The notes below the pieces were generated by a model, which was not told the DNA's origin, searched no databases, and saw only the letters and a list, made by a program, of their open reading frames with translations. 64,000 nt of DNA, taken from NCBI RefSeq assembly GCF_009914755.1, contig NC_060931.1. One strand, given 5' to 3'. The stretch comes from the human T2T-CHM13v2.0 reference genome, Homo sapiens. A program made the translations under genes and the position numbers. Of the stretch, positions 42,551 through 55,810 are shown piece by piece (position 1 is the first letter of the stretch; every line of letters starts with the position of its first letter).

Positions 42551-44020
42551 CTCATTACCTCCAGATTTCTAAATACTATAGTTATATCACTATTTTTTGA
42601 ATTATATATTTAGAATATTTTCTACTGATAAATGAAGATTTAACTCACATAACCCAGCTTGTCTGGCTGCTCCCTGCAGCTATTTCTATGTATATTCAGG
42701 GCATGATTCCCCGGGTTCTACTTTATTTTTCTGTAATTTCCTATCCCTTTACCACTTTCCAGAAGTGTGTTGAAACCTTCCATAAACTGAAAGTTCTTCT
42801 TTTGTTCATTTTATTAGCTTTTAAATAATATGAAATATTGAAAGATTACCCAGTATCTTGAGTTTACAAGCCATAAATTTTTTTAAAGAAATCAAGGGTG
42901 AGATAGAGGGGTAAATGATGTGCTTTAATTTTTTTATTGGTATATAATAGTCACACATTTGTATGGATTTGTATGATTTTTTTTACATGCATAGAATTTG
43001 TAATGATCAACTCAGGGTATTTAGGGTATCCATCTCCTAGAACATTTATCATTTCTATATGTTAGGAACATTTCAAGTTCTCTCTTCTAGTCGTTTTAAA
43101 ATTTCTTGAATCATTGTTAACTATAGTCATCCTACTCTGCCATGGAATATTAAAACGTATTTTTTCTATCTAACTGTATGTTCATACACATTAACCAACC
43201 CTTCTTCATCCTACCTCCTCCAAAGCCCCTCCCAGCTTTTGGTAATTATTGTTTTACTCTCTACTATTGTGAGGTCAATATTTTTAGCTTTGACATATGA
43301 GTGAAAACATGTGATATCTGTCTTTCTGTGCTTGGCTTATTTCACTTAACATAAAAACCTCCAGTTCTATCCATGTTGCTGCAAATGACAGGATTTCATT
43401 CTTTTTTATGACTGATTAGCATTCCATTATGTATCTATACCAGATTTCCTTTATCCATTCATCTATTGATGGACGTTTAGGTTGATTCCATATCTTTGCT
43501 ACTGTGAATAGTGCTGTAATAAACAGAGGGAATGCAAGTATTTCTTTGATCTACTAATTTCCTTTCCTTTGGATAAATACCCAGTAGTGGGATTTCTAGA
43601 TCATATGGTAGTTCTATTTTTTAGTTTTGTGAGAAATATCTATACCTTTATCCATAATGGTGTACTAATTTGCATTCCTGCCAACAGTGTACAAGAGTTC
43701 CCTTTTCACTGCACCCTCTTCAGCATGTTATTTTTTGTCTTTTTAATAATAGCCATTCTAACTGGGGTAAGATAATAGTTCATGTGGTTTTGACCTGTGT
43801 TTCCTTGATGATTAGTAATGGTGAGAATTTTTTCATATTCATGTTGTCCATTGTATTTTTTAATAAATGTCTATTCATGTTATTTTTTGTCTTTTTAATA
43901 ATAGCCATTCTAACTGGGGTAAGATAATAGTTCATGTGGTTTTGACCTGCGTTTCCTTGATGATTAGTAATGGTGAGAATTTTTTCATATTCATGTTGTC
44001 CACTTGTGTTTTTTTAATAA

Positions 44021-44716
<696 letters not shown>

Positions 44717-47700
44717 AAGTTTCTTGTTTATCCTGGATGTGAGTCCCTTGTCATATGAGTAGTTTGGAAATATTTTATCCCATTCAACTGGTTGTCTCTT
44801 TATTCTGTTGATTGTTGTCTTTGTTGTGCAGAAGCTTTTAGTTTAATATACTCCCATTTGTCTATTTTTGTTTTGTTACTTGTGCTTTTGAAATCTTAGC
44901 CATAAGATCTTTGCCTAGATCAATGTTGTGTAGTGTTTTTTTCCATCTTTCTTCTGGTAGTTTTATAGTTTTAGGTCTTAGGTTTAAGGCTTTAATCCAT
45001 TTTGGGTTAATTTTTGTATGTGATGAGAGACAGGGTCTAGTTCCAATTTTCAGCAAATGGGTATTTAGTTTCCCCAGCAACACGTATTGAAGAGAGTATC
45101 CTTTCCCCAGTGTATGTTCCTGGTGCCTTTGTTGAAAATCAGTTGACCACAAACATGCGGATTGTTTTCTGGGTTCTCCGTTCTATTCTATTGATCTATG
45201 TGTCCATTTTCATACCAATACCATGCTCTTTGGGTTATTATGGAGTTGTAATGTATTTTGAAGTCAAGTAGTGTGATGTCTCCAGCTTTGTTCATTTTGC
45301 TTAGGCTTGCTTTGGCTCTTTGAGCTCTTTTTTGGTTCCTACAAATTTTAGGATATTTTTTCCTGTTTTCGTGAAAAGCGTTCAATGGCATTTTGATGGA
45401 CTCCATTGAATTTGTAGAACTCTTTGGGCAGTGTGGTCATTTTAACAATATTAATTTGGGTTCATGAGCACAAGATGCCTTTCCACTTGTTTGTATCCTC
45501 TTTGATTTCTTTCATCAGTGTTTTGTAGCTTTTCTTGCAGAGATCTTTTACCTCCTTGGTCATATTTATTCCTAGTTATTTTATTATTTTTTATAGCTAT
45601 TATAAATGGGATTATCTTTTTATTTCTTTTTCAGTTTTATTATTATTGGTGTACAGAATGCTACTGATTTTTGTATGTTGCTTTGTATCCTTAAACTTTA
45701 CTAAATTTATTTATCTGATTTAAGAGCTTTTTCATGGAATCTTTAGCTTTTTCCACATACAAGATTATCTCATATGCAAAGAGAGACAATCTGACTTCCT
45801 CTTTTCTAATTTGAATGCCTTTTACTTCTTTCTCTCTCTTGATTGCCCTGGCGAGGACTTCCAGTACTATGTTAAATAGGAGTAGTGGAAGTGGGCATCC
45901 TTATGTTGGTCCAGTTCTTAGGGGGAAGGCTTTCAGCTTTTGCCCATTCAGTGTGATGTTAGCTGTGGGTTTTTCATTTATGGCCTTTATTATGTGAAGG
46001 TATGTTCCACTCCACCCGATTCTTTGAGAGTTTTTATTATGAAAGGATGTCAAATTTTATGAAATGCTGCTTCTGTGTCTATTGAGGTGATCATATGGTT
46101 TTTGTCCTTCATTCTGTTGATGTGATGTATTATATTTACTGACTGCATATGTTGAACCATCTTTGTACTCTTGGGATAAATCCCATTTGATCATGGTGTA
46201 CTATTATGTTTTATGGGCTGTTGGATTAAGTTTGCTAGGATTTTGTTGAGGAATTTTGCATATATGTTCATCAGAGATATTGACCTGTAGTTTCCTTTTT
46301 GTGTGTGTGTGTCTTTGTCTGGTTTGGGTATCAGGGTAATGCAGACCTTACTGAATGAGTTAGGAAGAATTGCCTCCTCTTCAATTTTTTGGAATAGTTT
46401 GAGAACTGGTGTTAGTTCTTCTTTACAAGTTTGGTAGAATTTGAAAGTAATCTAGTCCTGGGATCTCCTTTGTTGGGAGACATTTTGTTACTGATTCAAT
46501 CTTTTTACTTGTTATTGATCGGTTTACATTTTATCTTTCTTCTGGATTCAAAACTGGCAGGTTGTATATATCAAGGAATTTATGTGATTTCCCTAGGTTT
46601 TCCAATTTGTGAGCATAGAGGTATTCAGAGTAGTTTTTGATGATCGCTTGTATTTCTGTCATGCCAGTTATAATGGCTCCTTTTTCATTTCTGATTTCAT
46701 TTATTTAGATCTCTGTTTTTTTTTTTCTTGGCTAGTCTAGTCAGTGGTTTATCCATTTTGTTTATCTTTTCAAAATCCTAACTTCTCATTTTTTTAGACT
46801 TCATTTTGTTTAGCTCTGATCTTTATTGTTTCTTCCTTCTATTTCTGAGTATGGCTTTTCTAGTTCTTTGAGGTGCATCATTAGGTTGTTTACTTGAAAC
46901 TTCTCCATTTATTTGATGTAAGCATTTATTGCCATGTAGTTTCCTTTCAGCGCTGCTTTTGCTGTATCCTATAGGTTTTGGTATGTTGTATTTCCATTTT
47001 CATTTGTTTCAGATTTTATTTTTATTTTTTTCTTTATTTCTTTATTGACCCAGTGGTCATTCAGGAGCATGCTGTTTAATTTCCATGTATCTGTAGTTTC
47101 CAAAGTTCCTGTTTTTCACTGATTTCTAGTTCTATTTCATTATGCTCTGAGAAGATTTTGGTATAATTTTGATTTTCAAAAATTTGTTGAGACTTGCTCT
47201 GTGTTCTAACCTATGATCTATCCCGAAGAATGTTCCATGTGCTGATGAAAATAATGTATATTCTGCAGCTGTTGAATAAAATGTTCTATAGATGTATTTT
47301 ATGTTCATTTGGTCTAAAGTATAGTTTAAATATAATGTTTATTCATTAATTTTCTGTCTAGATAATCTATCTACTGCTGAGAGATCTCTCCCTTTAGATC
47401 TAATAATATTTGTTTTAGGTGCTCCAGTGTTGGGTACATGTATAATTAGAATTTTTATATCCTCTTGCTGAGTTTATCCCTTTGTCACTATATAATGATC
47501 TTCTTTGTCTCTTTTGACTCTTTTTAACCTATAATTTGTTTTACTTGATATAATTATAGCTACTCCTTCTTGCTGTTTGCATGGAATATCATTTTTTCAA
47601 ATCCCTTTACTTTGTTTATATGTGTCTTTACAGTTGAAGTGAGTTTATTGTAAGCAGCATATAGTTGGGCCATTTTAAAAAACACATTCAGCCTATCTAT

Positions 47701-49191
47701 AACTTTTAAGTGGAAAATGTAATCTATTTACATTCGTGGTTATAACTGATATGTGAGGACTTGTTCCTGTCATTTTATTCATTGTTTTCTGTTTTTTTTG
47801 TATATCTTTGTTCCTTTCTTTCTGTTTTATTGTTTATAATTGTGATTTGATGGTTTTCTGTAGTGGTAACAATTGGACCTTTCTTTTCCTCATTTGTGTG
47901 TCTGTTCTGTGGGCAGCGTGCTCAGGCATTGTGGTAAGTAGTGCCAGGCTTGGAGGGCCAGTCTTCAGAACCCTCAGTGGTGTGCACAGGTGGAGGCTGT
48001 GATGTGCAGGGTGAGGTGATACCCAGGACCCCAGCAGAGTACTCAGGTGGTGGCAGCAGTGGTGGCAGTGGGTAGGGAGAGCCTTTCCTCAGGGCACACG
48101 CAAGTACACTCTGGCCCTGCTGCTGGGGTAGTGGGGCAGGGTTGTTATTAGTGATAGCAACCATCAACAGGCAGTTCTCAAGTTTTAGGGAGCATGTGCT
48201 TCGTCCTCTAGCAGTGGTGGAAATGGTGGCAGCTGCAGCAGCAGCAGGGAGAGCAAGTTTCCATGGTATATGTAAGTGCCCTGCAGTCCTGCTGATGGGG
48301 AGATAGGGTTGCTGTCAGAGGTCCCAGTCCCGGACAGGCAGAATACAGTCTCTGGAAGAGTATGCGCTTTGGTTCCCTTTCTCTCAGGGTCAGTCTCCCA
48401 GTGTACCACACTGTTTGTTACATGGGGTGTAGGACACTGTGTGTGCCAGAACACTAGAGACCCTGATGCTATGCTGGGTCCAAACATCATTGTGCCACTG
48501 CATCCCTGTAGGTGGATATGGGGAGATGTTAGTTGGGCTCCAGGAGTGTGGAGATGCAGAGGCTGTTGACCCCCAAGGGTGTGGAGATGCAGAGGCTGTT
48601 GACCCCTACCCAAAGGGCAGGATGCAGCCTGGTGGAGTCTGGGCTTTCAAATGGTGCTGTGTTGCAGTTGCTTAGGACTTTGGAGGTGTGTGGGACCCAG
48701 CCTGTGCTCCCTCTATGAAGCAATCCTATTGCATGGTCTCCAGGAAGCTCCCTAAGCTAGTCTCAGGGCCTGTGAGGGTCAGGGCCCTCTCTCATGTCTA
48801 GGGTTGCAGAAGTCTGCAATAGGAATGTGGACTGCTGCAGATCTCTCACTTATACTTTCCCTGAACTAGGGAGCCTCTTTGAGCCCCCAGCCAATCACAG
48901 GTAAGCTGGCTGTCTCACTTCCATCTCCTTCCGTGTCTCAAATATTTCTTGTCACTTCTCTGTTGAATTCCAGTGTCTGCTATTAAATGCTCTATTCAAA
49001 GTAGAATTGTCTTCTTGCTCTTTTGGTTCTTCTTTGTGGAGGAGATGAATGCCAGATGTCTCTCTTCAGCCATCTTGAAGCCCATTCAATGTGTAATTTT
49101 AAGTGAATAGGGAAAGACAGAAAAACTTGTGCAAAATTACATTAAAAGTAATTTAAAGTAATTTTGATGCTCAACTTCCATATGTAAAATG

Positions 49192-50601
49192 AAGTAGTTG
49201 AACAAGATGACTTCTAGGATCCTTCAAACTGGAACATTCCATCACTATAAAATGGGCGTTATTTTCCTTATCAACCTCTAGTTTTTTCATTAACTATGGT
49301 AGCCTAATCAGTTTCAATAAAGCACAGTCTATGCATACTGCTTTTCCTTTTGTTCCGAACGGAGGGACCGACTGAAGCCATGGTAGAAGAACATAAATTG
49401 TGAAGATTTCATGGACATTTATTAGTTCCCCAAATTAATACTTTTATAATTTCTTACACCTGTCTTTACTGCAATCTCTGAACATAAATTGTGAAGATTT
49501 CATGGACACTTATCACTTCCCCAATCAATACCCTTGTGATTTCCTATGCCCGTCTTTACTTTAATCTCTTAATCCCGTCATTTCGTAAGCTAAGGAGGAT
49601 GTATGTCACCTCAGGACCCTGTGATGATTCTGTTAACTGCACAAATTGTTTGTAAAGCACGTGTATTTGAACAATATGATATCTGGGCACCTTGAAAAAA
49701 GAATAGGATAGCAGCAATGTTCAGGGAACAAGAGGGATAAACTTAAACTCTGACGGCCGGTGAGCCGGGTGGAACACAGCCATATTTCTCTTCTTTCAAA
49801 AGCAAATGTGAGAAATATTGCTGAATTCCTTTTCTCAGTAAGGAACATCCCTGAGAAAGAGAATGCGTCCCTGAGGGGAGGCCTCTGAAATGGCTGTTTT
49901 GGGGACAGCTGTCTTTTATGGCTGTAGCGGGTCGTAGCGGGTTGTAGCGGAGGGATGAAATAAGCCCTGTCTCCTGTAGCGCTCCCAGGCTTATTAGGAC
50001 GAGGAAATTCCCACCTAATAAATTTTGGTCAGACTGGTTGTCTGCTGTCAAACCCTGTCTCCTGATAAGATGTTATCAATGACAATGCATGCCCAAAACT
50101 TCATTAGCAATTTTAATTTCGCCCCAGTCCTGTGGTCCTGTGATCTTGCCCTGCCTCCATTTGCCTTGTGATATTTTATTACCTTGTGAAGCATGTGATC
50201 TCTGTGACCCACACCCTATTCGTACACTCCCTCCCCTTTTGAAAATTGCTAATAAAAACTTGCTGGTTTTGCGGCTTGGGGGGCATCATGGAACCTGCCG
50301 ACATGTGATGTCTCCCCCGGATGCCCAGCCTTAAAATTTCTCTCTTTTGTACTCTGTCCCTTTACTTCTCAGACCGGCTGACACTTAGGGAAAATAGAAA
50401 AGAACCTATGTGAAATATCAGGGGTGAATTTCCCCCAATAAAGTAGTCAAACAAGATGACTTCTAAGATCCTTCAAACTGGAACATTCCATCATTATAAA
50501 ATGGGCATTATTTTCCTTATAAACCTCTACTTTTTTTTCATTAACTATGGTGGCCTAATTTCAATAAAGCACAGTCTATGCATACTGCTTTTCCTTTTGT
50601 T
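49192..50601 (+). repeat. ~163-bp direct repeats (49192-49354 and 50441-50601) flanking the MER11 LTR
   Basis: aagtagt..aacaagatgacttcta...gcatactgcttttccttttgtt on both sides; about 8 substitutions and 2 indels by manual alignment. Confidence 0.95.
49355..50440 (+). mobile_element. MER11 (HERV-K11/HML-8) solo LTR lacking about the first 20 nt
   Basis: ccgaacggagggacc...gaacataaattgtgaagatttcatggac (twice), aataaa, end ggggtgaatttcccccaata. Confidence 0.9.
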
Positions 50602-51404
50602 TCCTTACTAGTATTCATGTCTGTACACTAAATTTGAAAGATAACATAGCCTTCTACACTAGTATCTTAGCTGAGTCCCTTGCTTCCACTCTTTCTCTTA
50701 TATTGTCCTACTTTGAAATTGCTTCCAAACACTCATTGGATAAAATCACAACTCTTACCATGGCCTACAAACCTTTTCTAATTTGATTTGTCTTTCTTCT
50801 ATTTCATCTTCTATCAATCTCTTCTTCTTTACTACATCCTCATAATACTCGTCTTCTTAGTCTTTAATGTCCAAAGCTTTTCCAAAGGTTTCCAAAAGCC
50901 TTTTCCTGGGTATTAACCCTTGTAGTGTCCTCTGCCTAGAATGGTCTTCCAATCTTTCTAATTGCCTGTTGAATCATGATGATTTGTTAAGGCAGATGAT
51001 TTACTTTGTATTAAAGAATATTCTTAAGATAATTCTAAAACCATGCTTAATGCCTTATATTATTCAGTAATGTTTATACAAGTGAAATCAATTTGTATTT
51101 TAAATTAACAAACCATACCTTCAGTGATGGTCACCACCCAACCATATCCACTTATGTACTACATACATATTAATTTTTCCAACTGTGTGTTTACTTTTCT
51201 AATACTTCTATTCTTCTAGCCATTTTTAGTGGTTTCTCCTGAATTAAGTTATCCAAATTTTATTTAGTGTAGAAGAACCCAAATTTCAAAGGCAGGACAA
51301 TTAATATGATTAATAGTGTCCATGAAGAAGTTCCTTTATAAGACATTAATGTTCTGCTCACTAATATTTGTTGCAACCTAAGTTTTTTAGAAATACCAAA
51401 ACAC

Positions 51405-51628
51405 TGGTGATATATAGTATGAGTTTTACCAGAAGCTTATTAGTTGGCAGAAATAAATGTGATAGGTTCCATATTATGCTTAGGGAGATGCGCTTTACAT
51501 TAAAACAAAAGTTAATAACAATATATTGTATCCTTGGAAAATGCAAAAGAGCAGATATTAACTGTTCTTGCCACAAAATAATCATGTGAGATATGCTGCA
51601 TGTTAATTAGCTAGATTTAGCCATTCCA

Positions 51629-51663
<35 letters not shown>

Positions 51664-51790
51664 CAACATGATGTGCATCATGTAAAACATGTTTTGAAGT
51701 ATATTGATATATATATTTTTGAAGCATAGATATACTTCAAAACATCATGTTGCACATAATATATATAACTGTCAATTTAAAACAAACAAA
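51405..51790 (+). mobile_element. L1MA 3' fragment containing (TG)n at 51631-51660
   Basis: agttaataacaatatattgta...tgttaattagctagatttagccattccaca. Confidence 0.75.
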
Positions 51791-54700
51791 ATTGAGCAAA
51801 TATTTAAAAGTAAAACCAACAAAACCAAAAACCTATGCCACTATTATTGTTTCCTTTATGTCATTAAATTGTTTTGGTTTTATAGTGTCATCTGTTCAGT
51901 CTACAATGCTTCTATGTCACATCAAGTAATAGTAGCAGAATATTAGGAGGAGTGGTTATTCAGTTTTAGTTTCAAAGCTTAGAAGAGAAGACGCTGCATT
52001 GTACTGCAGGTCAGTATCAAGGAGATCAGGTTGAGTCAAGAGTACAATAATAGAAAAGGCTGGTGGAATTGAGGATCCGAATTGTAGGGCTCTCTGTAGG
52101 CATAAGGCAAGACGTGAAAATGGATATCCTGGAAGCAACTGAAATTTCAGGCTATCAATAATTGTAGAAAGGATAGAAATGCACAAAGATTGAAGAAAAT
52201 AGTGAAGCTCAGGAATGGGCAAGGCTGGTTAAATCTTAATAAACATGACAGTGAGAAGCTTGGACCCCATTATCAAGAAAGAGGGGGACTCTTTATATTC
52301 ACCGAGGAAAGGAGCCTGAGTTTAAAAGGGGAAGAAAGAAGGAGCCCTTGAGTTATGAGAGATTGGTGAACATTTCATTACTCTCTGGGAGATTTACTTA
52401 CTAAGTCCTTACCTCCTAACCACCTGGTAGGAGTTAGCAGAAATAGGGCTCAGATAAGGTGCCTTCAATGTCAGTGGGTATGTTTGTAGTAAATATGACC
52501 TTACGGCCACAAAACGAAGAATGCAAAGGAGGCCACATTTCTTTATATTAACTCTAATTATATTCTGAGTACCCATGCCCCTGGGCTGGAGGTTAATTCA
52601 ATCTCTGTGATCATGAAGGTTCTTTTCCTTCCTGTCCAAGTCACGGATAAGTCCTGAAGTTTAATCTGCACTTAAACCCCTGGAAGCTGCTCTTGTCTTC
52701 ACTTCTTACTGATGGTTATTAAATGTTCAATGACCAAGTCTTCTTGGTGCTCTGAGTTTCTGGAATTCTGTTGCTTCAAAAATCCTTTATTGAAACAAGG
52801 AATTCTGATGCTTCTCAAGGCTCAGCTTGAAACCATTTTGATCCTACCACTTCCCCCAAGGGTAATGAAGCTAGAGGAAGGTTTTCTTTTGGGGCCTTTT
52901 GGAGTCCTGACCCTCCACCCTCCACCAAAGTCAACTTCTCCCCTTTCATCTTCATGATATCAGGAATGTTTTCTCTTTGAGAGAGGGCAGTGCTCTTTCT
53001 TGCTGAAGACTTTCTCAACCAAGTTTCTCATCTGATCCACAAAACAATTCTCCAAAAGACAGTGTAGTAGAAATACTATTCTAGATGTATAAGAAAGAAA
53101 TTATCGCACATAATGGATGAAAATCAGGGCTTGATTTTCTCGTGCAACCTCAGGACACTGTGTGTGCCAGAGCACTAGAAATAAAACCTAATAGTCTTTT
53201 TCAGGTGCAAAAAGACTATTAGAGATCTGGTGGTTTCTTCCTTTACATCACACTATCTGTGCACATCACAGGGCCCCACGTTGATGGAAGACCCAGGACT
53301 ATGCTTTTCCATTTTAAATCAGTTTCCACCATCTTGGCAGCCTGCTTTCAGGGAGTCTGAAGCCGTGTCATCTCTCTGCCTTTCCAAAAGTGTTCAGTGG
53401 CATTCAGACTTAACTGTCCAACTGAGAGGCCTGAGGCTATGATCATAAAGTTGTTTCCATCAGTGCGAGCCACCACTACCTGCTCCTGTGGTTCTTTTAT
53501 CTTCTATTCCTTCTGTAATGTGTCTCCCCTTATTAGCGGGAACCCAGGTCTTTGTCATCTTACTAGTCTCATGTCTCCTTCCTAGAAGCTGGAGATTGTT
53601 CCCACAATTCTCACTCTTAAAAATATTCCATACTTTTAAAATTTTTCTCCAGGTCATTAGCATCACTTTTTCAATGAGCATTAACTTTTACAAAAGACAG
53701 TAAGAGCAGTTGGCCTCAAGCAGCTTTTGTTTTTATCCCATAAAAATGAATATTTTTGACAAGGAAACTCAAAGGCCTTAGTATCTCCTTGGAAGAGGGA
53801 TAAAAGGAGATACAGAAGGGACAGATAAAAATTAATATCTCAGAAAATTCTGTTTCTACAAAATTTGGAGCTTCATATAGGCAAGGAAAAGAGAGAATAT
53901 GCTATTCTGTGAGTTAGTGGGGGACCAGGCCAGTAATGGGCCAGGATTTTTGAGTTGTGATGATAGCACAGAGAGTTCTGAGTCCTTACATCATGGTGCC
54001 TGATGCCAGAGGGCAAATGTTAGAAAATCAACCAAGATGATTTACGGGTCAAAGTATTATAGTGTGTCTGAGTCTAAGGATTAAAGCTAGTGCTCTTAAG
54101 AGAAAAATTTGAATTGAAGAACCAAGTAAAACAGATATCAGAATATTAACAGTATGGTATAGTTGGTTGGAACAAAAAAATTCCAGAGATATAAGGTTAG
54201 TGCTGATGAAGGCAGCAATCCCATTTTCCATTTTTATTATGGAAAAATTTTTTAAAAGCCCAAGGAGAAGGGAGCCTACTGTGCATTTGTGTCTTGATTT
54301 CATAGGGTTCAGTAAAGCAAGTTACCCCATTTGGTTGCAATGTAGGCCCCTGATACCAGGTATATCACAGTGGGTATCAAACATGTAGGTGTTAATGGAG
54401 TTGTGAGTCCCTAGATGGGACGTACCAAAGAGTAAGGAAGATCTGACTGGTAAATATCAGCCTCAAGGCTTGCTCTCTTGTGTGAGCCTAACAACAGCCC
54501 CTACCATCAGCTCACATAAGAAATACTCACGAGTATTTGGTTTGAATGGTATTCATTGGATTAGATAAAATATTCCAAATGAGATGGTCTATGTAAAGCC
54601 GTCATATCTGGTGCAAATAGATAATCAATATTCTTATATTAGGCATAGAATGTATTAGAGAATGTGCAAAGCAGCTGTCTAAGACCTTGTTAGGAGAAAA

Positions 54701-55524
54701 TAAGTTCAGGAACTTTAGTTCATTGAAAGTGATTTTTCTGGTACAGAATCTAATACCTAGAAGGATTTATGAAGACAAAATTATGGACCCCAGTACTCAA
54801 AACCAGAGTACCAAAGTAAAAGCAACATCAACAGCAAGGCCTATTACAGAGGCAGCATAATTGCTCCCTGATCCAGAACATGGGACACTCCTGTGACCTA
54901 GAGGTGTGAGCCAGCCCAGTCCAGCATATTGGAAGTGACTAAGCCTCTGATGAAATAAGTGTTCTCACCTACAAATGCTAGGGTCACACGGTGTGTGAGA
55001 ACCTGGAGAACCAATCTAGTCACATACAGTTATTTTGAGGAGAATGGAGAGTATCTCTTGGAGCCTAAGAGTGTTGATATGCCAATTTAAAAATAGTTTT
55101 GTCTTACACTAAAAATATCTGGATTCCAAAAGGAATGTGATTTTACTTCTAATCAGAAAAACTTGACAGTAAAGAGAAACACGCATGTACTCATATACAC
55201 AATGGCAGCTATGCTTCTGATAATAAAGTCCTTAAAAACTTTTTTAACTGAATTTTTAATGTTGTTAACTGAGATAAGTGAACACAATGTGAAATTCTCA
55301 GAAAAATATGTTCTTACAAATTATCTTCCCAGACAGTTACATTGAATACATTTATCTTGCACAAAAGTTGCCTGATAGAAATATTGGGGCATGTATAGAG
55401 GGCTACATTAAAATGAGGAAGTAATGACCCCATCTTCTAGAGTATTTTCACTTTTACGCAGCCACATTTGTTCGTTTATACAGATGTGGAATCATGGATT
55501 TTCATCTAGCAAAATAGACAATAT

Positions 55525-55810
55525 TTTCATTTATCCATTTATTCTAGAAATACGCAGCACATTTTATATTCCAGGCATGGAGAGTACAAGAATTATAGTC
55601 TACATTTTTGGCCTTTAAGAAGTTCACTGTCTGGTGGAAAAAAACAGGCCCAGAGAGAGAGCAGCATTAATACAAAATAGCACGACAACTGCAGGAACAG
55701 AAATACGCACAGGAAGCACTCAGGACAGGAAGATCCCACTTTTAGGGGTCCAGGAAGACACCTTTTAGGAAGTAACACTTGAGTCTAGAGGGGTTAGTAG
55801 GACTACAGCT
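55525..55810 (-). mobile_element. L2 3' end relic
   Basis: ttcatttatccatttattc...ccaggca...aagttcactgtctggtgg. Confidence 0.6.

Noticed and set aside
49388-49560. Direct repeat gaacataaattgtgaagatttcatggaca
   Set aside because: A normal internal repeat of the MER11 LTR; not a CRISPR array or a locus-specific feature.
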